NCBI GenBank assembly: GCA_964459075.1
Contig: CAYWKE010000001.1
Coordinates: forward strand, 4,626-68,625
Direction: 5' to 3'
DNA from: an uncultured Candidatus Saccharibacteria bacterium
GTDB taxonomy: Bacteria > Patescibacteriota > Minisyncoccia > Phycocordibacterales > UBA12088
DNA: 64,000 bases
Under the pieces are notes generated by a model that had not been told where the DNA came from, ran no database searches, and was given only the letters and a program-made list of their open reading frames with translations. How positions within the stretch are numbered: the first letter of the stretch is position 1; every line of letters starts with the position of its first letter. Positions 1 through 8,738 of this stretch are shown one piece after another. A program made the translations under genes and the position numbers.

Positions 1-1426
1 CGCGTCTGATGTACGCACCCACCCCGACACAGGCGGCCATGGTAAGCACGAGCGCGAGCGCATCCCCATGAAGGACACCGCGCTCCCACGCAGGTGCCAC
101 GATGTGCCCCAGTGAAAGTACCCCAGGGACCAGAAAGAGGAGCGCAACGCCACGGGTCTCACCATGGGTGAGCAGCAGTCGGGTGAGCACGAGCGCCAGT
201 GTTGCCTCAGCAAGATAGAAAATGGTAAGGGTCGGTCCTTCGGTCTCAAGCGCCGCAGCGACCGACAACAAGACGAGCGCAACGCCTCCGTAGACGAAGA
301 ACGGTGTCCGTCGCCCAGCGAGGTGCACACACGCGAACGAACCCCACGCGAAAACGAGTGACCAGAACACAAAGAGGAGACTCATCCACTCACGCGGTAC
401 CAGGACCCCGATCGTCACGCAGAGGTAGACCGCCACGAGAAGCGCGGTCGTAAGGTAGACACCTCCCCGATTCTCGCGAGGCGCACGCAAGAGAGCCATC
501 GTGCTCGAAGTGACAAACAGCGCGGCACCCAGCGATGCCAACAGCAGGATGAGGTTCTGCTCCTCAGGGCGTGCCTGGGTAAAGGGTGCAATGCTCATGA
601 GCAAGAGGACACCGACCCCAACGGTGCTCAGGTACCCCCACCCAGTGAAGAAGACGATCCAGAGGGTGCCCACCATCACCCCTACGAGGTAAAGCACGTA
701 GAGTGTGGGTGAAGGGTCGGGGGCAGCGGTCAACAGAGGAGCAACGACCGCAAGCAGCATGCTTGCAAGGGCGAGCAGGTGTCGTCTATGGACGATGCTT
801 GCGAACGCGACGAACACGATAGAAGCGAGCATCATGAGAAGCGCTGTGGTGGGAGTAAAGAGGTCGTAGAGCCCACGCGCAACAGAGAGGGACATGATGA
901 TGGTCGTCGAACCAACGACCATGAGGATGCCGGCCTGCTGCTTGTGGGGTGTGGAAAAGCGCAGGTACCCACCCACCATCACGACCGAGCCCGCGACAAG
1001 ACCGATGAGGATGCGGCCGAATTCGCCGATCCAGTTGTTGGCGATGGCGTAGCTCAGGAACCACCCCATACCCAGCAAGAGGAAGAATGCACCCAACTTC
1101 ATGAGCCAGTCACGTTTCAGCCACGCGATGAAGCCGTTCTCGCTGTGGTCTCTCTGTTGTGGGGTATGGGGCACGGACGGCTCATATGCGACCATGCCTC
1201 CGATCGTTCCGGTCTGCGCAACGGGATACGGTGACCCTGTGGACTCACCACCCGCAGGGTATGCACCCTGAGCGGGTAGAGGAGTTGCGTGTTTGGATGC
1301 CTGCTCGTCCTCGCTTCGTACTCGTTGCTCCTCAAGGCGCGTCACACGTGCGGTCAACTCTCCCACGCGTTGGAAGAGTATGATGGTGACCACAATGAAG
1401 CCGATGAGAAGGAGGAATGAGAGCAT
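1..1426 (-). CDS. DUF2339-like polytopic membrane protein, 5' portion (gene continues beyond window start)
   Basis: Absent from the ORF track because it has no stop inside the window. Manual minus-strand translation from the ATG at 1424-1426 gives 'MLSFLLLIGFIVVTIILFQRVGELTARVTRLEEQRV...' followed by >10 hydrophobic helices ('LMKLGAFFLLLGMGWFLSYAIANNWIGEFGRILIGLVAGSVVMVGGYL...'), open to position 1. The ATG sits 2 nt after the TAG stop (1429-1431) of the upstream gene. Confidence 0.55.
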   Translation of the reverse strand, partial: MLSFLLLIGFIVVTIILFQRVGELTARVTRLEEQRVRSEDEQASKHATPLPAQGAYPAGGESTGSPYPVAQTGTIGGMVAYEPSVPHTPQQRDHSENGFIAWLKRDWLMKLGAFFLLLGMGWFLSYAIANNWIGEFGRILIGLVAGSVVMVGGYLRFSTPHKQQAGILMVVGSTTIIMSLSVARGLYDLFTPTTALLMMLASIVFVAFASIVHRRHLLALASMLLAVVAPLLTAAPDPSPTLYVLYLVGVMVGTLWIVFFTGWGYLSTVGVGVLLLMSIAPFTQARPEEQNLILLLASLGAALFVTSSTMALLRAPRENRGGVYLTTALLVAVYLCVTIGVLVPREWMSLLFVFWSLVFAWGSFACVHLAGRRTPFFVYGGVALVLLSVAAALETEGPTLTIFYLAEATLALVLTRLLLTHGETRGVALLFLVPGVLSLGHIVAPAWERGVLHGDALALVLTMAACVGVGAYIRR

Positions 1427-1428
1427 AG

Positions 1429-2478
1429 CTAACCGTCGTGCTGCTCTGCAGCGAATTCGATGTGCTTCTTAAATAAGATAGTATAGATGTCAGCAAGCCC
1501 ATAGAGGAGACTGAGGACAAGTGGCCCCAGCAAAAAGCCGGACGGTCCAAAGAAAGCAATACCCCCAAGTACAGAAACGAGAATCAACAGCGGGTGAATA
1601 CGCGCTCGTGCCCCCAAGAGCTTGGGCATGAGAATGTTGTCGACGAGCCCGACCACAAAACTCCCCCAGAGCGCGAGCCCAATGGCAGCTCCGAGTGCAC
1701 CAGAGAGAAGGAGGAAGAGCACTGCGGGAAAGATGACCGCCGCGGTACCGACACCAGGAACGAGCGCAGCGATCGCCGCTATCGAACCCCAGAGGATAGG
1801 ATTGGGGAGACCGAAGATGAGGAACCCGACCGAGGTGAGCACGCCCTGGATGAGTGCTATGAGGAGCGAGCCACGGATGACCGAGTGGATCGTGTTTCCC
1901 AGTTTATCGAGAATGGTACGATCGTAGCGGTCATCGAGCGGTGAGAGGTTGACGAGGGTACGGATGAAGTGCGGTCCGTCCTTGAGAAAGTAGAAGAAGG
2001 CGATCGAGCCAACGATGAGCGAAAGCACCAACTGGGCAGTACCACTGAAGGCAGTCCCGATGTGGCTCGTGATCCACCGCGCCACATCCCCGGTCACTCC
2101 TTCGACATCGAGCTGAAAGCCGGGAACGTGCACCTGGATGGCTCGTTCGATAGGGATCACGATGGTCGAAACGATATCCTGTCCCTCGCTGGTGAGTGCC
2201 CCCCGCAGCTGCTGCGCTTCCTCAATGAGGAGGCCGGCGATCACCGATAGGGGGATGACCACGACCAGGAGAGCTACCAGCGACGTAGCTAGCGCTGAGA
2301 GCACCTCGTGCTTTAGTCGCATGTGGATCCGCTCGTGGAGTGGGTCGGCCAGCACCGCGAACACCGCAGCGACCGCCAACGTGGGGAGAAATGGTGCGAG
2401 TATCAGGGTCGCGAGTGTGAGGACCCCAATGAATATCGAGATGAAAAAGATCAGTTGAATGCGCGAGTGCTGTTCCAT
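1429..2478 (-). CDS. AI-2E family transporter (PerM/UPF0118-like permease)
   Basis: ORF 1429..2577. The protein is polytopic ('...IQLIFFISIFIGVLTLATLILAPFLPTLAVAAVFAVLADPLHERI...', C-terminal 'LLILVSVLGGIAFFGPSGFLLGPLVLSLLYGLADIYTILFKK'), typical of the AI-2E family. The start was moved to the ATG at 2478 ('MEQHSRIQLIFF') because the ORF-track start overlaps the upstream gene. Confidence 0.75.
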   Translation of the reverse strand: MEQHSRIQLIFFISIFIGVLTLATLILAPFLPTLAVAAVFAVLADPLHERIHMRLKHEVLSALATSLVALLVVVIPLSVIAGLLIEEAQQLRGALTSEGQDIVSTIVIPIERAIQVHVPGFQLDVEGVTGDVARWITSHIGTAFSGTAQLVLSLIVGSIAFFYFLKDGPHFIRTLVNLSPLDDRYDRTILDKLGNTIHSVIRGSLLIALIQGVLTSVGFLIFGLPNPILWGSIAAIAALVPGVGTAAVIFPAVLFLLLSGALGAAIGLALWGSFVVGLVDNILMPKLLGARARIHPLLILVSVLGGIAFFGPSGFLLGPLVLSLLYGLADIYTILFKKHIEFAAEQHDG

Positions 2479-2497
2479 ACCCCGCTCAAAAAGAGCC

Positions 2498-2899
2498 CTA
2501 GCGGAGCGTTTTCTTGGTACGTGCCGCTGCCTTCTTTGCAACCTTCTTAGTAGAGGACGCAGGAGCATCCACCACATCCTTCTTTATCTTACTCCAGTGT
2601 CGCTTCAATTCTGTGCGTAGCTCATCGAGTTCGCTTGTCGTCGTCTTCTTCGCCTTGCCGTACTTGTCGACAACCTGGTCGACCGCCTCTTCGTAGGTAT
2701 CCTTGCTCACCTCACGCATGCCGTCGATCTTCTCCAGCACGTCTGCACGAGCTTTGAGGGTCCAGGTCTTGAGCTCGGTGCGACGCTTCTTTGCCTGTGT
2801 GCCGAGAAAGAAGTAGCTCATCGCTGCTCCTGCTGCGACCGCGCCGAGGATGGTCAACGGGCCTGCGCCTTGCTTCTTTGGTTGTTTCTGTGATGCCAT
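2498..2899 (-). CDS. YtxH-like small membrane-anchored protein (Lys-rich coiled-coil tail)
   Basis: 133 aa with an N-terminal hydrophobic helix ('GAGPLTILGAVAAGAAMSYFFLG') followed by a Lys/Glu-rich helical region ('ARADVLEKIDGMREVSKDTYEEAVDQVVDKYGKAKK...'). ATG at 2897-2899. Confidence 0.55.
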   Translation of the reverse strand: MASQKQPKKQGAGPLTILGAVAAGAAMSYFFLGTQAKKRRTELKTWTLKARADVLEKIDGMREVSKDTYEEAVDQVVDKYGKAKKTTTSELDELRTELKRHWSKIKKDVVDAPASSTKKVAKKAAARTKKTLR

Positions 2900-2926
2900 A
2901 TGTTTTGGTTTTAGTAAGTACTACGT

Positions 2927-3274
2927 CTATTCATCGTCCTCACTCTGGCGCTTCTTGCGACGGGTACGCTTCTCCCCCATTGCTTCCCGCACAGAAGAGA
3001 CCAAAAAGGAAAGCGCTTCGCGCATACCAACACTCGCCACGAATGCTTTGGTTGCGCGGGAGGTGGCGTGCACGGTCGCCTTCACATCTGAGCGCATCTC
3101 ACCGAGATCCTCCACCAGCTCCTCGACCTCGCGCCGAGCTGTGGCTGCTACGTGCGCTATGTCACGCAAGATCTTGATGACGAACGCGAGTACCACGATC
3201 CCTAGCACCGTAAGGATGACGAGCGCAATGGAACTAATGAAAAAGAAGATGTCTGCTTTGATGAGTGAGTCCAT
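2927..3274 (-). CDS. DUF948-like small membrane-anchored coiled-coil protein
   Basis: ORF 2927..3376. The likely true start is the ATG at 3272-3274 ('MDSLIKADIFFFISSIALVILTVLGIVVLAFVIKILRDIAHVAATARREVEELVEDL...'), with a TATACT -10-like hexamer 7 nt upstream. There is one N-terminal TM helix and then a helical domain. Confidence 0.5.
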   Translation of the reverse strand: MDSLIKADIFFFISSIALVILTVLGIVVLAFVIKILRDIAHVAATARREVEELVEDLGEMRSDVKATVHATSRATKAFVASVGMREALSFLVSSVREAMGEKRTRRKKRQSEDDE

Positions 3275-3281
3275 GAACACC

Positions 3282-3287
3282 AGTATA
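3282..3287 (-). promoter_or_regulatory. TATACT -10-like hexamer ('GGGGTATACTGG') 7 nt upstream of ATG 3274
   Basis: The same 'GGGGTATACTGG' string recurs at 11238-11249, about 90 nt upstream of ppsA. Confidence 0.35.
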
Positions 3288-3381
3288 CCCCGGTGTGCCT
3301 CCTGGTCTAGTGTTCGAACACCCCAACGATGAGGAACGCGCCACCCCACAGCATATCCCAGCGTGCTATACTCCACTCACT

Positions 3382-4200
3382 ATGCACGATCGTCGGCCAC
3401 TCCTTATCGTCGTCGCGCTGGTGGGGCTGCTGGTTACCTTCCTGGTGCTGCGACGACTCATCCTCGGTCCGCCTGCCGAGATGCTCGTGGGGCTCACGCT
3501 GCGCGGTGCTGATGCGGTGGCATGGGAAGAGGTCACCCTCGTTATCGATGACGTATGGCTCTCCCAACACGATGGTCGGTGGGTGCGTCTCTCCCGACAC
3601 CCCACTACAGTCACCGCGGGCGAGGTGGCAGAGAACCGGTTTCTACCCATCAGCGAGTCGTGGCGTGGTGCAGGTCGATACGACCGCATCCGCCTTCATG
3701 TTGCTGAGGCCTACGCACGAGAAGGTGGCGGACGCAAAGAGGTACGTCTGCTCTCTGACGAGATCGCACTCTCGCTTCCGATCGAACTCGTACGCGGTGA
3801 GACCTCCTCGGTCACACTAGCGCTGTCCCTCGCTGCATCACTCCGCACCGTCCCCGGAGGTGAGGTAGCCCTCTTGCCGCAGATCAGCGTCGAGAGCAGG
3901 CGCGGCATATCCTACACAAAGAGCGAGAGCGGGCTGCTCGACCTCTCGGGCGGTTCCCTCCTGTTCTCCGGCGTGTTCGGCGTGACTGAGTCGGCTGGTA
4001 TGCGACTGAACTACCGCCTCCCCGATGAGCGCGTGCTGTCGTACGAGAGCAACATACTGTCTGTTATTCCCGAACCACGTACCCGTATCGAGCCCTCTTC
4101 CCTGCGCCCGCGAGCAACCTCGACCCCGCCTGAGGTATCGAGGCCGCCTGAGTCGATCGCACCCACGAGCAGTGCTACTACCACGGCGACCTCTAGCTAG
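3382..4200 (+). CDS. hypothetical signal-anchored protein with Ser/Thr/Pro-rich C-terminus
   Basis: ORF 3295..4200, one of only two supported plus-strand genes. It fills a gap between minus-strand genes. The start is placed at 'MHDRRPLLIVVALVGLLVTFLVLRRLILG' (TM helix), and the C-terminus reads 'RATSTPPEVSRPPESIAPTSSATTTATSS'. No family recognised. Confidence 0.45.
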   Translation: MHDRRPLLIVVALVGLLVTFLVLRRLILGPPAEMLVGLTLRGADAVAWEEVTLVIDDVWLSQHDGRWVRLSRHPTTVTAGEVAENRFLPISESWRGAGRYDRIRLHVAEAYAREGGGRKEVRLLSDEIALSLPIELVRGETSSVTLALSLAASLRTVPGGEVALLPQISVESRRGISYTKSESGLLDLSGGSLLFSGVFGVTESAGMRLNYRLPDERVLSYESNILSVIPEPRTRIEPSSLRPRATSTPPEVSRPPESIAPTSSATTTATSS

Positions 4201-5170
4201 CCACCTCAGCGAGACACTCGTTGTACGCGTGCGCCTCATCATTGTACTCCTCAACGTGTGCACGCTGGCGCGCCAGGAGCTCATTGTAGTTTGCGACGAG
4301 GGTGTTGTACTCCTCGACCTTTGCAATATACGCTTCTCCTGAGGGCTGTGCTGCCTCAAGATCCTCCCGACGCGTGGCGAGCTCTGCTTGCTGTACTTCC
4401 AGAAGAGCGTCCTGTTCCTCAATATCCTCTTTGAGCCCTTGATCGGGTGCGGGACAGACAGAGCGAGGTAACCCAAAGCTCTGTACGGCAACCCAGTTGA
4501 CCTCCCCTTGGAAGGTCGCGCGACGCGCGGCGATACCGATCTCACTGTACTTTTCGTGCAGGATATTTGCTCGGTGTCCCGGACTCTCCATCCATGCTTC
4601 CACTACGTGAGCATCGTCTCGGAAGCCACCATAGGCAAGGTTCTCACCCACCAGAATGTACTGGTACCCTGCTGCCGCGGCTAGTTCCTGGATCCCGTCC
4701 CCCGTCGGGGATTCGTGCTGGAAGTAGTCTCGCGCGATCATGTCAGCGAGCTTGCGCTCTGCCATCTCGGTGAGCTGCGGGTCGACCGAAAACGCGGACA
4801 TCCCGCGTGTGGTTCGCTCGAGGTTCGTCTCACTGAGTATACCTTGGGGCGAAAGTGCAGCCGCACTCTCTGCGTACTCCTCTTGCTGAGGCAGGATCTC
4901 AGAGACGACCGGCACGTCGCGAACACGCTCGACCACGCGCGTGAGGGGACCAGGTGTAGTCGCCGGGGCAGGTACCGACCCCTGCTGCTCCTGAGCTGGC
5001 TCCGCTTCTTCAAAGGTAACAGCGTCCCACAGTCGGACAGCCGGAGCACGTTCTTCTTGTGGCGGCGCGAGCGCGACAGCCCCCTCAGCCGTTGGGGCAG
5101 TCGCCGACTGCGGCAGAGCACCCGAGGAGAACAGGAACGCGAACCCTAACAGGTAGAAGAACACGTGCAT
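4193..5170 (-). CDS. secreted CAP/SCP (PR-1-like) domain protein with coiled-coil C-terminal region
   Basis: Signal peptide 'MHVFFYLLGFAFLFSSGALPQSATA'. CAP-domain motifs are present: 'DYFQHESPTGDGIQELAAAAGYQYILVGENLAYGGFRDDAHVVEAWMESPGHRANILHEKYSEIGIAA'. The C-terminal ~100 aa are helical and Glu/Ala-rich. ATG at 5168-5170 with a TATACT hexamer 8 nt upstream. Confidence 0.75.
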   Translation of the reverse strand: MHVFFYLLGFAFLFSSGALPQSATAPTAEGAVALAPPQEERAPAVRLWDAVTFEEAEPAQEQQGSVPAPATTPGPLTRVVERVRDVPVVSEILPQQEEYAESAAALSPQGILSETNLERTTRGMSAFSVDPQLTEMAERKLADMIARDYFQHESPTGDGIQELAAAAGYQYILVGENLAYGGFRDDAHVVEAWMESPGHRANILHEKYSEIGIAARRATFQGEVNWVAVQSFGLPRSVCPAPDQGLKEDIEEQDALLEVQQAELATRREDLEAAQPSGEAYIAKVEEYNTLVANYNELLARQRAHVEEYNDEAHAYNECLAEVAS

Positions 5171-5178
5171 ACGTCTCT

Positions 5179-5184
5179 AGTATA
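5179..5184 (-). promoter_or_regulatory. TATACT -10-like hexamer (within 'TGGTATACTAG') 8 nt upstream of ATG of CAP-domain gene
   Basis: Minus-strand reading 'TGGTATACTAGAGACGT ATG'. It belongs to a recurrent motif family (see findings). Confidence 0.4.
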
Positions 5185-5211
5185 CCAGAGTCATCTGAGA
5201 TGTGGCGGACG

Positions 5212-5727
5212 TCAGATGATCGAGTCGATGAGCCATCCCACGCTGTAGGCGATCGTGGAAGCTATACCACCCACGAGGAGCATTTCAAGGCCTGAGGTGA
5301 AGAACGAGCGTCGGGTGACCCAGGAACGAGCACCTCCTACCAGAAAGAACGCGAGAAAGGTTGCAGCAATGGAGGCAAGGTAGGGCTCCGGACACCACGT
5401 GGCAGGCAGCATGAACGGGATGAGCGGGATGACACCGATGACGACGAACGCAACGAAGGTGGTCAAGCCGCTATTGAGCGGTGCGTCGTCGGTGGTATCG
5501 CCCCCTGTCACCCGGTCCACGTCGCGCTCTGAGGAGACCGCGAGGTAGCTCGACGAACCCATGGAGAAGCCATCAGCAAAGAGGTTTGCGAACCCGAGAA
5601 TGAGGAAGACCGATACCTCAAGAGAAGCACCCGCAGCGCTCGCTACGATCGCGAATGTGGTGATGAGACCGTCGTTCGCTCCGTAAATGAGATCGGGTAG
5701 GTAGGCAGTGACGAATCGCTTGATCAT
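5212..5727 (-). CDS. VIT1/CCC1-family (vacuolar iron transporter-like) membrane protein
   Basis: 171 aa containing the 'YGANDGLITTFAIVASAAGASL' motif typical of the VIT family, and multiple TM helices. Confidence 0.7.
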   Translation of the reverse strand: MIKRFVTAYLPDLIYGANDGLITTFAIVASAAGASLEVSVFLILGFANLFADGFSMGSSSYLAVSSERDVDRVTGGDTTDDAPLNSGLTTFVAFVVIGVIPLIPFMLPATWCPEPYLASIAATFLAFFLVGGARSWVTRRSFFTSGLEMLLVGGIASTIAYSVGWLIDSII

Positions 5728-6470
5728 GGATCTTCAGGAAGTGCTTCGGGTTCAGGCTGTGGAGAGGGCTCTATCAGCACGTACCCACGTGGGCCGTAGT
5801 CAGGTCGCGGTACCTCTTCTTGGGTGAACCACGCGTCCGGCACTTCGATATCGGCAGCGTACACGTCGCCCACTCGTTCACGTGCTTCGCCGCGGGTAAG
5901 CCCACTTTTGGGCAGTGCTATTGCTAAGATCGCACTTGCTCGTATCGAAGGCCCGACCACGCCCTCGTTCGCATCTATACCTGAAGGAAGATCGAGAGAG
6001 AGAACAGGTCGGCCGCTGTCATTGACCAGACCAATGAGCCGCGCTACTTCACCCCGCACCGCGCCCGCAACCCCATAGCCAAGGAGCGCATCAACAACGA
6101 GATCCGTGCCTCGCAGGAGGTCACGCAGCTCTGCATCGCTCGCCTCTTCTGAGAGACCGACCATGACCGTATCAGGGAGCTGCTCGAACTTGACCTTTGC
6201 GACCGGTTTGAGGAAGAGCTCTGCGCGGGAGAGTACGATGCGCACGTCGTGCCCCTCGTGCGCGAGGATGCGCGCCGCCACCAACCCTGCACCTCCGGTG
6301 TTCCCAGAGCCAATGAGGAGGAGAACGCGGTTGGTCTGTGGGAACTGGTCGTGCACGAGCGCTGCGGTCGCGCGGCCCAGCCGCTCGTGCATGCGCGCGA
6401 GCGGCACTTTGTACTGGTGCACCATGCGCTCATCAAGATCCTGCATGGCAAGCTTAGAAAGAGTGTACAT
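5724..6470 (-). CDS. NAD(P)H-hydrate epimerase (YjeF N-terminal domain)
   Basis: Contains 'VLLLIGSGNTGGAGLVAARILAHEGHDVRIVL...' matching the YjeF_N fold. The ORF-track start (6476) is a GTG, and the ATG at 6468-6470 ('MYTLSKL') is preferred. The TGA stop overlaps the downstream start by 4 nt. Confidence 0.75.
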   Translation of the reverse strand: MYTLSKLAMQDLDERMVHQYKVPLARMHERLGRATAALVHDQFPQTNRVLLLIGSGNTGGAGLVAARILAHEGHDVRIVLSRAELFLKPVAKVKFEQLPDTVMVGLSEEASDAELRDLLRGTDLVVDALLGYGVAGAVRGEVARLIGLVNDSGRPVLSLDLPSGIDANEGVVGPSIRASAILAIALPKSGLTRGEARERVGDVYAADIEVPDAWFTQEEVPRPDYGPRGYVLIEPSPQPEPEALPEDP

Positions 6471-6481
6471 GCTCACACACT

Positions 6482-6487
6482 AGTATA
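6482..6487 (-). promoter_or_regulatory. TATACT -10-like hexamer ('CCGTATACTAGTG') 11 nt upstream of ATG 6470
   Basis: Minus-strand reading 'CCGTATACTAGTGTGTGAGC ATG'. The identical core 'CCGTATACTAG' occurs at 20601-20611. Confidence 0.4.
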
Positions 6488-6544
6488 CGGCTCTGCAGCG
6501 CACGCTGTACAGCGCTTTGTCACCACCACAGTTCAGTTCAAACG

Positions 6545-7726
6545 TTACGAGCGCACCGGCTGTCGCTCTTCAACGATCTCAAGAAGACGATTATACTTGG
6601 CAATGCGTTCTCCGCGCGCAGGTGCGCCCAACTTGAATGCGTCAGCGGCGACCGCAACCGCAAGGTCGGCAATGAACGGATCGTTGGTTTCCCCACTGCG
6701 GTGTGAGACCGCGACGAACCACTTGTACTCACGTGCACGCGCGATCGCATGCAGCGTGTCGGTCACGGTTCCGATCTGGTTGGGTTTGATGATGAGACCC
6801 GTGAGCGCACCGGCCTCTTGGGCTGTGACCATGCGGTGCACGTTCGTCGTGGTGACATCGTCACCAATGACCCGGGTCGTCTCCGGAAGCGCGCTCGTGA
6901 GCGCAGCGTGGTTCGCAAGATCGTCTTCAGTGAACGGATCCTCGAGGTAGCACAGTGGGAACCGCTCAGCAAGACCGCGGTAGGTCTCAACCGAGAGGAG
7001 TGAGGTGTCAGCTACCTCATTCGCTGCAGCGTCCATGCCGTAGCCCATGAACGTGGGCTCAAGCTGCAGTCGGTCGCGCACCTCGTCAAAGAGCGTGAAG
7101 GGCTCGGCGGGGTCCTGGCAGGCGGGTGTGTAGCCGCCTTCGTCACCGAGTGAGGTCGCGTGTGAGCCGAAGCGTTCAACCAGGAGTGTGCCTAACTCGT
7201 GATAGAATCGCGCGGTCATGTGAATGCCGTACTCAGGATGCGCAACCTGCGGTACGATCATGTACTCTTGGAAGGGCAAGCCGGAACCCGCGTGGACACC
7301 ACCGTTGATGAGGTTCGCGAGGAGTTTGGGGTAGCCCGGCGTGGTCCCCGCGAGCTGAGCAAGGTAGCGCCACACCGGCATTCCCTCGCGCGCTGCGAAC
7401 GCCTTCACAACTGCGATCGATACGCCGAGCGTTGTGTTGCCACCCAGCTTCGAGAGGTCGTCCGTGCCGTCAAGCTCGTGCAGGATAGTATCGACACGCT
7501 GGGGATTGTCGAGTACGACCCCCAGGAGCGCATCCTCAATGGTACTCTCGATGTACTGAATGGCCTCGGTGACCGATACACTCTTCACCTCGTGGGAACC
7601 AGCACTCTTCCCTTCAGGCACGGCAGCGCAACCAACCGAACCATCAGAGAGATGGACCGAGACCTCGAGGGTCCACGTGCCGCGACTCGTGAGAATGGGG
7701 CGAGCTGTGAGCTTTGCAATGGTCAT
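6545..7726 (-). CDS. eno: enolase (phosphopyruvate hydratase), divergent
   Basis: 393 aa. Enolase signature elements are present ('SHRSGETNDPFIADLAVAV', 'GAPARGERIAKYNRLLEIEE', N-terminal 'LTARPILTSRGTWTLEVSV'). ATG at 7724-7726. Confidence 0.85.
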   Translation of the reverse strand: MTIAKLTARPILTSRGTWTLEVSVHLSDGSVGCAAVPEGKSAGSHEVKSVSVTEAIQYIESTIEDALLGVVLDNPQRVDTILHELDGTDDLSKLGGNTTLGVSIAVVKAFAAREGMPVWRYLAQLAGTTPGYPKLLANLINGGVHAGSGLPFQEYMIVPQVAHPEYGIHMTARFYHELGTLLVERFGSHATSLGDEGGYTPACQDPAEPFTLFDEVRDRLQLEPTFMGYGMDAAANEVADTSLLSVETYRGLAERFPLCYLEDPFTEDDLANHAALTSALPETTRVIGDDVTTTNVHRMVTAQEAGALTGLIIKPNQIGTVTDTLHAIARAREYKWFVAVSHRSGETNDPFIADLAVAVAADAFKLGAPARGERIAKYNRLLEIVEERQPVRS

Positions 7727-8736
7727 GCACCTACCGCATTCTGTGGTTCACCTGCAAGCACGCTCGCAATGTTGTCGATCGTGGTTTGCATAATGCGCTT
7801 GAGGGCCTCTTCAGTATTGAATGCGCTATGTGGGGTAACAATGACCGACGGGTGGTCGATGAGGATGTGGTTCGCCAATAGGGTTCGCATGTGTTCGGTC
7901 TCGTGCAGGTGGTGCGCCAGGAACGACAACTCATCTTTGACGATACCCTCTTCCTCAAACACGTCGAGTCCTGCGCCTTTCAGCCGCCCTTGGGAGAGTC
8001 CCTCCACGAGCGCCTCCGTCTGGATGATGGGGCCGCGGGACGTGTTGATGATGACCGCACCCTCCTTGACCTGGGTGATGTTCTCGCAGTTGAGCATGTG
8101 GTGGGTCGCCTCCATGTAGGGCACGTGGAAGGTGATGACGTCCGAACTCGAGATCAGTTCCTCGAACGAGGCGTAGCGCATCCCCTGTTCATTCGCAAAC
8201 TCCTCATTTGGGTACGGATCGTAGCCGATGACCTCCATGCTAAAGCCCCTCCCGATCATGACCGCATGCCGCCCGATGTTGCCCGTACCCACGACTCCCA
8301 ACGTGCGGCCCATGAGGTCGAACCCGCGTAACTGGTGAGGGTTGAAACCTCGTCCCTCACGGACCTGCTCGTACCCATCGGTGATACGTTTGGAAAGCGA
8401 GAGGAGAAGTGCGAAGGCGTGCTCGGCGACCGTGTTCGATCCGTACGTCGGCACGTTCATGACAGTGATGGTACGCTCCTTTGCCGCCTCTAAGTCGATG
8501 TGGTCAAAGCCGGTCGAGCGGGTGGTGACGAATTGCAGTCGAGGGAACAGCTCCATCGTCTTTCGGTCGACGACCGAGTCGATAAAGACCGAGATACCTT
8601 CGACCGAGCGATCATCAGGGAGTGCGTCGTGCAGCAGCGGCCCCTTGATGAAGGTCAGTTCATTCCCATCTGCGATAGGCGAGGAGCGTACGAAGTCCTC
8701 TTCCCAGTCCTCAGCAATGAAGAAGGCAATGTGCAT
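7723..8736 (-). CDS. D-isomer-specific 2-hydroxyacid dehydrogenase (D-lactate/hydroxypyruvate reductase-like)
   Basis: 337 aa. NAD-binding 'GRTLGVVGTGNIGRHAVMIGRGFSMEVIGYDPY' and catalytic region '...VIVTPHSAFNTEEA'. The 4-nt overlap with eno suggests an operon. Confidence 0.8.
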   Translation of the reverse strand: MHIAFFIAEDWEEDFVRSSPIADGNELTFIKGPLLHDALPDDRSVEGISVFIDSVVDRKTMELFPRLQFVTTRSTGFDHIDLEAAKERTITVMNVPTYGSNTVAEHAFALLLSLSKRITDGYEQVREGRGFNPHQLRGFDLMGRTLGVVGTGNIGRHAVMIGRGFSMEVIGYDPYPNEEFANEQGMRYASFEELISSSDVITFHVPYMEATHHMLNCENITQVKEGAVIINTSRGPIIQTEALVEGLSQGRLKGAGLDVFEEEGIVKDELSFLAHHLHETEHMRTLLANHILIDHPSVIVTPHSAFNTEEALKRIMQTTIDNIASVLAGEPQNAVGA

Positions 8737-8738
8737 GG

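Noticed and set aside
3838-4545. 235-aa minus-strand ORF overlapping the CAP-domain gene in another frame
   Set aside because: It has Arg-rich nonsense composition ('RSVSPRVARPSKGRSTGLPYRALGY...'). The CAP-domain frame, with a clear signal peptide and CAP motifs, is the real gene.
7199-8119. 306-aa plus-strand ORF opposite enolase and the 2-hydroxyacid dehydrogenase
   Set aside because: It overlaps two confidently identified minus-strand genes and has a nonsense-like composition.
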